NCBI GenBank assembly: GCA_951406725.2
Contig: OX597822.1
Coordinates: forward strand, 37,076,001-37,140,000
Source of the DNA: Octopus vulgaris
Taxonomy: Eukaryota
Length of the DNA: 64,000 bases
Direction of reading: 5' to 3'
Numbering within the stretch: the first letter of the stretch is position 1; each line of letters starts with the position of its first letter. Position numbers and translations under genes: made by a program. Below, piece after piece: positions 12,605 through 23,939 of the stretch. The notes under the pieces were generated by a model, which saw only the letters and a program-made list of their open reading frames with translations, was not told the DNA's origin and did no database searches.

Positions 12605-15600
12605 CCTACCTTTTGAACATTTGATGAATAATTTTTTATCAAAAGCTTCAAAGATGATGCTCCACCATGGCCATGGTCCTATAACTGAAACAAGTAAAGA
12701 AATAAAAGTATATTTTTGCAATTATATGTTTAATCATTGGCAGCCATTTACTTCTAGGTCAGCCTAAGTCACTTGCCTTTTGTACATATATGCAAACTGT
12801 TTGTTTTCTTTTGTGTTTACAGGAAAGGCGAAATCTCTTGTTTCAATATTTTCAAGAAACAGCATCAGCCAAGTGTTCCGCTGTTTGGTAAGTCTGTCAA
12901 TATTTTATCTCTATCTCTAGCTAACCCTCCATGTATTCACACCACTACAGCAAACTCTCACATCAGTTAACATCTGCTACCATCATGTATTCTTACTGTA
13001 TTTTCTGGCATAGAAATCAACATAATTTATAGTGTAAATATTCAAACATTGTCACTGTCTTTCCAAATCATGGTCCGCCAAGGTCATCTTGTTGTATGAG
13101 TCAACCTACCATTTTTGCTGTAAATTTTGGTCTGAAAATGTAAACTTATTTGCCAGAAAATATAATAATTCGCCTTCTATTTCACACTCTTACACTAGCT
13201 TCTCTCCTTTACTTCCTTCTTTTCTCCTTTCTTCCTTTATCCTTCTCTCCCTCCCTCCCTCCCTCCTTCTCTTTTGTCTTCTCTGTCCACCTTTCATACC
13301 ACTAATCTATTTGTTAGTATGTAAGATGTATATTTTTCTTACAAGATGCCAACACACAAACCCATGTCCATTCTATGTCCAGCTGCCACTACTACATGTT
13401 TCCTGCATCTCACTTTTTTAAACATGTATCTCTACCAATTCTATGTTTTATCCAACAGCGACTACATCACAGACCGAGTGGAAGCTGGTCAAAAGTTCCT
13501 GGTATTTGCACACCATTGTGTGATGATGGATGCCATTGAAAATCATATCAAAAATAAGGTTAGTCTGTTAAACCACTCACCTATCCATTCTGCTCTTATT
13601 ACACAGCTTGTTTTGATTTATGAAAATAATCAATATAGCCACAGATGTGGCTGTGTGGTAAAGAAGCTTGCATCCTAACAACATGGTTTCAGGTTCAGTC
13701 CCAACAAGTGGCACAGTGAATAAGTGTCTTCTAAAGTCCTGGACTGACCAAAGCCTTGTGAGTGGTTTTAGTAGATGGAAACTAAAGGAAGCTCATTGTG
13801 TATGTATGTACGTGTTACTATCACCTTGCTTTGACTTACTACGAGAGTTTGTACAAGTGTCCCCATCATGCTAGTGGTGTCATTTGTTTGCAGTCTTTCA
13901 TGAAAACCTGTCTGGAAATGTTACCCTTTTTGGAATAAAGGTGAGTGTTGATGACAGGAAGGGCATCTGGCCATAAAAAAATCCACCTCAACAAATTGCA
14001 TCCGATCCATGAAAGCATGGAAAAGGTGGACATTAAAATGATGATCAATGATTTAGTGACTTATCTTCCACATAATGACCATCTTAAACATTTTTACATC
14101 TGCTTTCCATGCTGGCATGGATTGGGTGAGTTCTTATGGTCTTAGGTCTTATATTGAATTACTGCTTTTCCAACCTTCAGGTTGGAGGACCATATTTTAC
14201 TCACCCGTGCCAGTGGCACGTAAAAAGCACTATTCGAGGATGGTTGATGCCAGTGCTGCCTGACTGTCTCCCATGCTGGTGACATGTAAAAAGCACCATT
14301 CAAACGTAGTTGTTGCCAGTGACGCCTGAATGGCCCCTGTGCTGATGGCACGTAAAAAGCAACCACTACACTCTCGGAGTAGTTGGTGTTAGAAACCATG
14401 CAGAACAGATTGAAGCCTGATGCAGCCTCCTAGCTTGCCAGTCCTCAATCAAACCGTTCAACCCATGCCGGCATGGAAAGCAGACGTTAAATGATGATTG
14501 TGGTGGTGGTGGTGGTGATGATGATGATGATTTCAATTTAGGTTTATTTCCGCAGATGATTGCTGTTCCTTTCACCAACCACTTTACAGTAGTGCATCCT
14601 GACACAAGTGAATTGTCTTTGTTTTGATATATTACATTCAAAGAGGAAGAGGCAGCAGTAGCTACAGTAGTGATAGGTTCAAGCATGGCTGTGTGGTAGA
14701 CGTAGGCAACCACATGGTTTCTGGTTCAGTCCTACTGCACTGCTTGGATGCTGGTAAATTATACATTCACATGTAGAATTGTACATTCACACGCCTCCTC
14801 CATGTGATGTGTATGGACAAGGACAGTTGTGTAAAGAAGTGCCACTCCCTAACTGTTGAAGGAACCTGTGATAGAGGTAGACCCAGCAAGACATGGGACG
14901 AGGTAGGGAAGCATGAATTTCAAACTTTGAACCTCACAGAGGCACTGACTAGTGACCAAGACTTTTGGCGATGTGCTCTGCTTAAGAGGACCCACCAAGC
15001 CAAGTGCACTGATGCTAGTGGTACATAAAGAAAATCAACCTTTGATCGTTGTGCCTCATGGATGCCAAGTGGCTGAGTTCCTTTCAAGTGTTGGGGCTCA
15101 TGGAGGCAAAGTAGCCAAGCTCCTTTCGAGTGTTGGGCCTTGTGGAAGCAATGACTAAGACCTTTGGCATTCGGTTGTGCTTGAGAAGAAGACCCATCAA
15201 GCTGAGAAAAATCGCAGTCATGGCAGATACTGGTGTCACGCAAATGGCACCCATATAAGTGGCACATAAAAGCACCCATCACACTCTTGGAGTGGTTGGC
15301 ATTAGGAAGAGCATCCAGCCATAGAAAACCATGCCAAATCAGACTGGATCTTGGCGCAGCCTTCCAGCATGCCAGCCCAATCAAACCATGCTAGCATGGA
15401 CAGCATCCGTTAAATGATGATACTGATGATGAAAAGTGGAATGGTAAAGAATTATATAAATGAGAGATTGGGATTGGGGGGGATAGTAAATATGTGTTTA
15501 AAGGATGTACAAGGGGGTACTGGAAAGTATCTGGCTTTGAGGGGATCACGAAAAACCTGGTTGGAGGCCCAACCTTCTGAGTTCTTTTACAGGGCTTAGA

Positions 15601-18600
15601 AAAACTGAAGCATCACGGCAAAAGTGTGTGAGTCTGAGAGGAGAATATGCTGAATAAAATAATAATTAACTGATCATCATCGTTTAACGTCCGTTCTCCA
15701 TGCTAGCATGGGTTGGACGGTTCGACCGGGGATCTGGGAAGCCAGAAGGCTGCACCAGGCTCCAGTCTGATCTGGCAGTATTTCTACGGCTGGATGCCCT
15801 TCCTAATGCCAACTACTCCGTAAGTGTAGTGGGTGCTTTTTACATGCCACCGGCACGATGATCTGCTTGTATTTTCTTTTACCCAAAGCCAGGAACTTTT
15901 CAGCATCCCCTCATAAGAGGATCTTGCAATTTAAGTAAATTATGAACTCTTATCTCTGACAAAATCTCTCTGCTAACATTACACTCTGTCTTTATTATAA
16001 TTCTTTCTAGTGCAAAGTTGAATACATTCGCATTGATGGGAAAACAACTAGTCAACAGCGCAAGTTTTATTGTGACCAATTTCAAAAATATGAAGATATT
16101 CAGTTAGCAATACTGTCCATCTGTGCTGCAAATGCTGGGTTAAATTTAACTGCAGCATCCTTGGTTATCTTTGCTGAACTGTTCTGGAACCCAGGAGTGA
16201 GTACAAAAATTATTTGTTGATTATATTTTCTTTCCTTTCCGCTCTTTATGTAATTGATTTTTCAAGGTTTTGCAGTGAAGGTATTTATGTACTAATCCAT
16301 GTTTATCACTCACTGCATTTCCCTCTATCCCCATCTCTATCTGCCATTCACCTCTCACACTCCAGCAAACCTACTTACCCCACCATACTACTTCTCTTAT
16401 GTTCATCTTTCTGTAACTTGAGTGTATGCTGTGATACATCTTCACTGCTATCCTCTTTCTTTCCTAATTGGGTTAGCCATGTATCTCCTCTACAGCAAGG
16501 CACTGGTTCCTGTCCTTCTATCATACTTTAACCTCTCATCACTTGCTATTAATCCACCTCCCTCAATATTACTCTCCCACTCAGTTGAGAGGTCTTGTCA
16601 TGTAAGTTCCATGTCATTACATGGAAAAATGCAATCAAGAGAAATAATATTCTTAAGATTATAAACCTGGAAAAGTACAGGACAGGTTATTACACTTGGA
16701 AAAGTTCAGGACAAGTTATTACGTCTTTTCTATGAAATTTCCTGAAGAAGGACTCCTGACCCTGAAATATTGAAATACCTGGTAAAAGTAATAACTATTG
16801 ACCTGTATTATTAATTTTTTTTATCACTTGCATTTTTTTAGCTTTAAAAAATAATTAATAGCATTTATATATATGTATATATCAGGCAATGCTTCATGAA
16901 AACTATATGTGTGTGTGTGTTATACTTGTATTTGTGTGTTAATTTATATATTCTTCTTGGCAGATTCTAGTCCAGGCTGAAGATCGAGTACATAGAATTG
17001 GACAAATGGATTCAGTAAACATTCATTATCTTGTTGCTACAGGAACTGCTGATGATTTTATATGGTAATATTTATGCATTCACATCTTTACATATGTGTG
17101 TGTGAAATTAAAGAGCTTCATTTTATTTTGTATTTAAAAAAAAGAGAATTAAAATAACGTGTAAGTTCTTACACAGGGATACTGAAAAGTTTCTGGCTTT
17201 GAGGGTATTGTGAAAGGCCTGATTGGAGGCCTAATTGTCCAAGTTCTTTTACAGAGTTTAGAAAAACTGAAGGACCACTGCAATAAAGATGTGAATCTGA
17301 GAGGGAAATATGTTGAATAAAGTCATAATTAACTGATCTTCTTGTATTTTCTATTACTCAAAGCCAGGAACTTTTCAGCACCACCCTGCTTGTAGATATA
17401 AATATGTCTGAGAGGAAAATTCTCTCTCCTTTAATAACATTTTGTGCCAGGAGCAAACCATGCCTATTATATATATGTTCTCCATTCTTTTGTCTTTGTT
17501 GCTGTACAAATTCGGTAGCTTTCTTACAAAGGAATCTAATGCTCTTAGCTTAGACGTTTTCGGGGGCAACCAGATCGAACCATCTCAAGTGTAACTGGCC
17601 GAAATGGTCGTGACTTCTGGAACTTGACTGAGGAAAGAAAGCCATGAATGACCCGTCTTTTTTTGCCTGTCCTAATTGTTGTTTCTCTTATCCACCTTTG
17701 TATCATCTATCTGTTCGAATGTTTTAATGTCCTCTATTGCGTTTTTGTTCCATTTTTATATTTATTTATACATACATACATGCACACGCACACGCACACA
17801 CACACACACACACACACACGTATGTATGATATTGATGATAATTTCGCTGTTAAACCTCTCTTACCCTCTCCCCTTTATTAGGCCTCTTATACAAAATAAG
17901 CTGAATATTTTGGGTAAAGCTGGTCTTTCTAAAGATGACTTTTCAGAAACAGACACTGTTCTATTCCAAGTAAGTATTCACTTTCAACACTTCAATACAA
18001 TTCCCTGTATTTTTCATTTCTCTCCTTATTATATTAAAGAAGTATAAACTTGGTTGGCAATATGATTAAAAGTTTGTATGGACTTCCAGCTCTTAATAAT
18101 ATATGGGCAGATAGATATTGTCAGTGATGATCGAATGATACATTAGTAACTGACTGAACTATTAAGAAGTTATGGATTTCCAGATTATTAAGCTGTCTTG
18201 ATCGATTAATAGCAAGTACTTTTGTCCATAAGTAACAAATGTTGGGTGTATAATTAGTAACTGATTTGATCCGGGAATAGCAGCTGCCTTGATCCATAAG
18301 TATTAGATACTAAATCAGAAATCATTGTTATTATTATTTGGATTGTGAAAGGTGGTGGGCTGACAGAATCGTTAGCACATCAGACAAACTACAAGGGAAG
18401 TCAAAAATTATCTGCACTTTCAATATAACATATCTTTATTATTGTCACACTACCTTCTGCGCATGTGTACTTTTAATTGGTACTATTGTGGTCATGTGGT
18501 CAAAGTTTGAGCTTGATCGCACCATTTTTCTTTCTGGCTTTACAGTGTAAGCATGGGCACTCTACTAGCAATAAGTACAAAAGAAGAACAAGGAGTAGTG

Positions 18601-21600
18601 ATTCGATTTCTCTGGTTGAAAGGTTTGTCAGGTACTGAAATTCATTGGAGGCTTTCAGCACAATAGGAGGACAGTGCACTACTGTGTAAAAATGTGTTCG
18701 AGTGAATCAAGTTTAATAGTAGCTGGACAAGTGTAGTGCACAAAGAGTGTTTAGGATACCCGTCAACCTTCACCACTGATGAGAAGATTCAGCAAGATCA
18801 AGAGTTGGTAATGGGGAATTGGATCACCATTACCATCTCAGGGATCACTGCTCTTTGTTCTTCTTTGGTGCAAATTCTCGTGGTGCAGCCATGCTTACAC
18901 TGTAAAGCCAGAAAGAAAAATCGCTTGATCAGACTCAAACTTTGATCACATGACCACAATAGTACCAACTATAAGCAGACATACGCAGAAGGCAGTGTGG
19001 CAATAATAAAGATATGAAGAAAGTATTGATAATTTTTGACTCACCCTTGTACTTAGTGGAATTTCTTCTGACTCTTTACATTCTGTGGTCTAATTCTACC
19101 GAGGTCAACTCTGCCTTTCATCCCATCGGGGTTGATGAAATAAGTACCTATTGAGCACTGGGGTTGATGTAATCAACTAGTCTCCTCTGCCAAAATTTCT
19201 GGCCTTGTGACTGTTGTAGAAAGAATTATTATTATTATCATTACTTGGTTGATGGGTTGGCAGAATCGTTAGAACATCAGACAAAATGCTTTACAATATT
19301 TGTTCTGGCTGTTTGTCTTTTTGATTTCAAATCCTGCTGAGGTCAACTTTGACCCTCATCTCAGTGGGGTCACTAAAATAAACTACTGGTCAATTAGTGG
19401 GGTTAATGGAATCAACTTATACCTTACTGTCAATGGCCTTGTACCCCAATAAAGAACCATTATAATTATTGTTCCTGCTGTTGATGGCATACTTGGTAGA
19501 GTACCTGACAAAATATCAAGAGTTATTCAGTTGTATCTCTTTTATGTTTGGAGCTGCTATTCATCCTTCTGGGACATGATGAGCCAATGGGATAAATACT
19601 GATTGGGTAGTGGGGTTGATCTGATTACCCTTTACCAGTAGCGCAACTGGGAGTGACGGCAAGGGGGACATGTGCCCTGGGCGCTGATTGAAGGAGGTTG
19701 CCTCATCAAAAGCAAGAAAGTTGAGACTTTAAACAATTCTTTTACTTGTTTCAGTCACTTGACTGCAACCATGCTGGAGCACCACCTTTAGTCGAACAAA
19801 TTGGTCCCAGGACTTATTCTTTGTAAGCCTAGTACTTATGCTATGGGTCTCTTTTGCCAAACTGCTAAGTTACAGGGAACATAAATACGCCAACATCTGT
19901 TGTCAAGCAATGGTAGCAGGACAAACACACACACACAACAGGCTTCTTTCAGTTTCTGTCTACCAAATCCACTCACAAGGCTTTGGTCGGCCCGAGGCTA
20001 TAGTAGAAGACACTTGCCCAAGGTGCCACACCGTGGGACTGAACCCAGAACCATATGATTGGTAAGCAAGCTACTTACAACACAGCCACTCCTGTGCCTG
20101 TATTTTTTTTTTATTACATCTCGTTTCACACATTGATTTTTTTAATGTTTCAATCGGGGAAGTTGGTGCATTTAACAGTTAAAATAAGGAGGTTTTGTAA
20201 AAGTAAATATTCAAATAATATATTTCGAATTACCAGCTGTACTGAACTGGCAGGTAAATGAACCCTGGTAAAATATTTATTCCTAAAATATTGCTTTAAA
20301 ACATTAATTCCAAATGAGTACTATATAATATCATGGATTTTGTAACCGGTGGGGGAAGGCATTTTTGCAGCTTGCCCCAAGCACGGTTTAAACTAGCTAC
20401 TCCACTGCCCTTTACATCCTTACCTAAATTTGTGATCTTGCATCAACATTTAGAAACTATTAATGCTATAATAATTGTTATTGTTTTCCCCCTTTCTAGA
20501 ATCCCCGTCAAAAAACTATTCTTCAATGCTTTGAGGAGTCTTTCATTGAAGAATCAAACCATGATGACAACTCAATAAATGATGACGATATATTGGATGA
20601 CAATACTGCTGAATCTGATGGTAACTTGGTGTCTGTACAGGAAAATGGGACAGAGAAAAAGCAAGGTAAAAATGAAGGTATTTCTCTATTTTTATTCTTT
20701 TGTTTCAGTCATTTGGCTGAGGCCATGCTGGAGCACCAACTTTACAATGAGGACTTACTAAATATGCTTGAAGTTTAGTCCTATTGTGTTTTACTTGTGG
20801 CAAGTGTTTTCTGCTGTAGTTCTGGCCCAACCAAAACCATGTGAGCAAATTTGTTTGACGGAAATGGAAAAGAAGCCTACTGAGCGTGGGTATGAAAGAA
20901 TGAATGTGTGTGTGTGTGTGTGTGTGTTTAATTGTGGAGGGATCTTGTAGAAAGGGTAGACCCAGGAAGACATGGGATGAAGTGGTGAGAAAAGATCTTT
21001 GGATGTTGCACCTCACTGAAGAAATGACATGGGACTGGGAGATGTGGAAATTTGCTGTACTTCAGAAGATGCATCAACCTAAGTAAAATCACTGCCATCC
21101 ATACATACAGAGACTTGTCCTTTACAGGTGTCAGTGCTACATAAAATGCACTCATGCTGGTGCTGTGTAAGTGCACCCCTGTACGTAAAAAGCACCCAGT
21201 AGACTCTGTAAAGTAGCTGGCATTAAGAAGGGCATCCAGCCATAGAAACCAGGCCACAACAGACAATTGGAGTCTGGACAGCTGACCAGCTTCTGTCAAG
21301 CAGTCCAACCCATGCCAGCATGGATAACGGATGTTAAACGATGATGAATATGTGTATGTGTATTTCCTTGCCTTTACATCATGTGCTAATTCTAAACAAG
21401 TGTCCCTGTCGTACAAGCAGCCTACCTTAGAGACATGTTTGGATAAGGGTAAAGTATTAGCTTGCTTCAAAACAAGTGAGGATTTGTAACAAGAAGAAAT
21501 CAAGCCATAGAAAATTTGCCTCAATGAATCCTGTCTGAAAAAAGTAGTCATTAAAATGTACTGATAATGACTTGACTTCCTTCAACACATAAATATATAA

Positions 21601-23090
21601 GCTACCATCATACCAGAAAAACAGGAGACAGAAAAGAGCTGACTATTTGAGGTAGGTGGAAGTAACCACTGTATTTTAATGTGTATAAGGAACCCTCTAA
21701 TTTTTGAGGCTTAAAATTGGGAAAAAAGGTTTTGTAAGGGATTATAATGCTATCCATGAATAAGAAACTTCCATATTTTTTTAACCTAATTTTTGACAAA
21801 AAAGGGTTCTTTATATACGTTAGAATACAGTTAATAAGTGCAGTGTTGCATAGTAATGAAACAGAAATGTTGAATGAAGATTTGTAGAAACCAAAGAGAA
21901 ACGAGAAGTATATGATCTACATTGTTGTTATTGTCGAAAAGCAGATGTATGATTAAAAGCATTCAAGTTTTGACCATATCTTTTTTCTCCAGTATCATGT
22001 TCCTCACTCTACAATATCTTGCAATGTTCTTTTTTAATGTGTAGCTACAGGTATGGCTGTGAGGTAAGACATTTGCTTCCCAACCACATGATTCTGGGAT
22101 CAATCCCAATGTGTGGCATCTTGGTCAAGTGTTTTCTGCTATAGCCTTGGGCCAACCAAATCCTTGTGAATGGATTTGGTAGACAAACTGGAAGAAGCTT
22201 GTTGTGTGTGTGTTATTGTCTCCTTGCTATGACATCATATGATAGTTGCAAAGCAAATGTCTTTGTCATGGAGGCAGTGTCTTTCATGCCCAATCTTTTG
22301 TGAAGACATCTGGTTATGAGGAAATATTACATGACAACAGGCAAGGCTTGGCAAAGGGAAGGACATCCAGCTGTAGAAAATTTGCCTTAAACTCTGATCT
22401 ATGTGAACATTGAAAAGTGGATGTTAAAAGACGATGATCTTTTTTTAGATGTGGGATGTGTGATTTGAAGGTGATTTAGCTGCTATTCTAACAGGTCAAC
22501 AACCACTTTTAACCCATAAAGCACTGGGATTTGCACTTACATAGCATTGACTGCTGAGCACATTTTATGCAAATGAGACTACTATGCAGATATATAAAAC
22601 AAAAAATAGTTAAAATATCTTCTTAGTATATAATAGTGGCAAGTTTTATATCATCTGAAACGTCATTAGTTGAACTATTAGTCCTCTTGCATTCTGTGGG
22701 GTATCGGAGAGCGTTTGAGTGACATTAGATACCAACAAACACCCATAAATTAAACGCATCTATCTGGGCCACGATCATGGCCTGTCAATCTGTGCCTCAC
22801 AGTCACGATCGTGACCCGTTGCGCTTGATGTGTTAATGCTATTTTTGTTATTATTCTAGTTTGTGATAACCATCTCTGTCATTAATTTTGCAGATTCCAA
22901 GCGTCACCAAACAGAGATTACATCACATTTCAAAATAACCACTCCTACTAAAAATGACCATGAGGAAGTTGAAGATTTCAGCAAAGAATTTGATGATGAT
23001 TTTGACTGGTTAACAGATGACGTTGATTGGAATGATAGCAGCCTTGATGATAGTGAACCTGTTGTGAAAAAAATTAAAAAAGAACTGTGA
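1238..23090 (+). CDS. SMARCAL1: SMARCAL1 (HARP) SNF2-family annealing helicase, 3' portion; 13 coding exons in window, 5' exons (RPA-binding motif, HARP domains) upstream of window
   Basis: Manual splicing gives one continuous ORF with GT-AG introns and matching phases. Motifs: [66 protein letters not shown] and AELFWNPG resemble SMARCAL1 rather than ZRANB3. Confidence 0.95.
2195..3503 (+). mobile_element. 5'-truncated RTE (BovB-like) LINE in SMARCAL1 intron; decayed RT and C-terminal Cys/His domain
   Basis: [19 protein letters not shown] (FADD decayed), [39 protein letters not shown]...ISHERSC; frameshift near 2590; (ATT)n tail. Confidence 0.92.
3504..3880 (-). mobile_element. 3' fragment of R4/Dong-clade (restriction-like endonuclease) non-LTR retrotransposon
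   Basis: Minus strand reads [10 protein letters not shown]...[22 protein letters not shown] and [17 protein letters not shown]; flanked by (TAT)n. Confidence 0.75.
4066..4227 (+). CDS. SMARCAL1: SMARCAL1 exon
   Basis: ttcag| [54 protein letters not shown] |gtaagt; 162 nt, phase 0-0. Confidence 0.93.
4356..4646 (+). mobile_element. tRNA-derived SINE
   Basis: A-box tggcctagtggttaga and B-box-like ggcttgaatc head; related copy at ~5206-5430. Confidence 0.75.
6429..6650 (+). mobile_element. SINE (aaggcggcgagctggcagaa family), near-intact with 9-bp TSD
   Basis: TSD aagacatct at 6419-6427 and 6651-6659; many related copies in window (e.g. 7728, 9543-9747 minus, 48130-48272 minus). Confidence 0.85.
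7183..7248 (+). CDS. SMARCAL1: SMARCAL1 exon (Walker B, DESH)
   Basis: aaag| [22 protein letters not shown] |gttagt; 66 nt. Confidence 0.93.
7711..8390 (+). repeat. Tandem array of three SINE copies (~210-235 bp period)
   Basis: Unit boundary aatattttatagat recurs near 7711, 7943, 8153 and 8377. Confidence 0.8.
8482..8616 (+). CDS. SMARCAL1: SMARCAL1 exon (motif III)
   Basis: ttttcag| [45 protein letters not shown] |gtaagg. Confidence 0.93.
9115..10480. repeat. Degenerate ~33-bp minisatellite (tatacactgtagacaata...gat) interrupted by SINEs
   Basis: Repeated tacac/tgtagacaat cores; SINE 9543-9747 inserted with TSD tattctacacatt. Confidence 0.6.
10506..10585 (+). CDS. SMARCAL1: SMARCAL1 exon
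   Basis: cccag| [26 protein letters not shown](R) |gtaagt; phase 0-2. Confidence 0.93.
11615..11747 (+). CDS. SMARCAL1: SMARCAL1 exon
   Basis: ttacag| (R)[44 protein letters not shown] |gtaagt; phase 2-0. Confidence 0.92.
12823..12887 (+). CDS. SMARCAL1: SMARCAL1 exon
   Basis: tttacag| [21 protein letters not shown](C) |gtaagt; phase 0-2. Confidence 0.9.
13459..13558 (+). CDS. SMARCAL1: SMARCAL1 exon (motif IV)
   Basis: caacag| (C)[33 protein letters not shown] |gttagt; phase 2-0. Confidence 0.93.
16011..16196 (+). CDS. SMARCAL1: SMARCAL1 exon (motif V)
   Basis: ttctag| [62 protein letters not shown] |gtgagt. Confidence 0.94.
16964..17064 (+). CDS. SMARCAL1: SMARCAL1 exon (motif VI)
   Basis: ggcag| [33 protein letters not shown](W) |gtaata; phase 0-2. 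Confidence 0.94.
17172..17388. mobile_element. Mariner-derived MITE (~210 bp); related copies ~15508-15915 (split by an insertion), ~25895-26110 and ~45663-45855
   Basis: TIRs gctgaaaagttcctggcttt / aagccaggaacttttcagca; shared internal sequence. Confidence 0.8.
17882..17969 (+). CDS. SMARCAL1: SMARCAL1 exon
   Basis: ttattag| (W)[29 protein letters not shown] |gtaagt; phase 2-0. Confidence 0.92.
18392..19049. mobile_element. Fold-back mariner derivative made of two inverted 5' ends, inserted at TA inside a SINE
   Basis: TA TSDs (18390-91, 19050-51); ~200-bp inverted arms; left arm encodes decayed transposase N-terminus [25 protein letters not shown]. Confidence 0.85.
19636..20407. mobile_element. 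hAT-type non-autonomous element with a nested SINE (~19735-20100, minus)
   Basis: TIRs cagtagcgcaactgg / ctagctactccactg; perfect 8-bp TSD ccctttac. Confidence 0.82.
20500..20665 (+). CDS. SMARCAL1: SMARCAL1 penultimate exon (alternative in-frame donor possible after 20677)
   Basis: ttctag| [55 protein letters not shown] |gtaaaa; start resembles human DPKQQKIYDLFQKSF; phase 0-1. Confidence 0.82.
22513..22832. mobile_element. piggyBac-type MITE
   Basis: TTAA on both sides, imperfect TIRs, internal palindromes gccacgatcatggc and gtcacgatcgtgac. Confidence 0.6.
22894..23090 (+). CDS. SMARCAL1: SMARCAL1 terminal coding exon
   Basis: ttttgcag| (D)[64 protein letters not shown]; phase 1 matches previous exon; AATAAA 25 nt after the stop. 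Confidence 0.8.
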
Positions 23091-23114
23091 TTCTGACAAT
23101 TAGGATTGTTCTTG

Positions 23115-23120
23115 AATAAA
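23115..23120 (+). terminator. Candidate polyadenylation signal of SMARCAL1
   Basis: AATAAA just downstream of TGA, followed by T-rich sequence. Confidence 0.5.
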
Positions 23121-23670
23121 ATTCTTTATCCCTGTTGATATTACCTATAAAATTACACCCCAAAGATATATAAAACGTATTTTATAATAACATGCCTTTG
23201 TGATATTTCTCTCTTTTACTGGTCTTAGTCATTAGACTGTGGTCATGCTGGAGCACTGCCTTCAACAGTTTAGCTGATTATATTGATCTCTGGGATTTAA
23301 TTTTTTGTAAAGTTTTCTTATTTTATCAGCCTCATCTTTCCTTTCCTACATTAACATTATACTTCCTGATGTTGGTACCACTCATCACTACTCATTTATA
23401 TTCTACACTTGATGTATCATTCTCAAAAACTCTGCATATCATACCTGCACTACTTTCATAAACATGGACATGCATAATTATAACTTTGCTTTCTTCCACT
23501 GTACAAAAAAAATTACATAAAATTAATCCTCATATTCAAAGTGATAGATATCTTTCTCACCAACTTTGTCAGGAGACAATTCAACCCTCAGTCTACAAAT
23601 ACACTCAGCTGTCACTCATAAAACAAACACAGCTTGCTAATCTATCATGCATCTACTTATTGTTTTAGGT

Positions 23671-23939
23671 CAGTAGCTCCCAGAGAGGGCAGTGGAAAAT
23701 TTGGGGGCTGGGGGGATGTTGAAGAAAAGTGGGGTGATAATGGGGTAACCAAAAGGGGGTGATGGATGTAAAAACAACAAAATTATGGGTTAATTAGGTT
23801 AAGTTTTATTTATCAAATTCAGTTGTTTTGAATTTGCTGCAGAAAATGGTCAATGTTTGTAGTGGCAGTAAGGGGTGGGACTAGGAATGCAACCTGGGTG
23901 CTAAGGAGCCAGCAACCCCAAAATGTTTGGGAACCACTG
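23671..23939. mobile_element. hAT-type MITE
   Basis: TIRs cagtagctccca / tgggaaccactg; TSD ttttaggt / ttttcggt (7/8). Confidence 0.7.

Noticed and set aside
22908-22945. CRL4-Cdt2 PIP degron
   Set aside because: Lacks TD at positions 5-6 (has TS) and has no basic residue at +4.
1238-23090. Helicase could be ZRANB3, since it has a PIP-like motif
   Set aside because: Diagnostic segments ([29 protein letters not shown]) resemble SMARCAL1, and no NZF or HNH exons follow before the stop.
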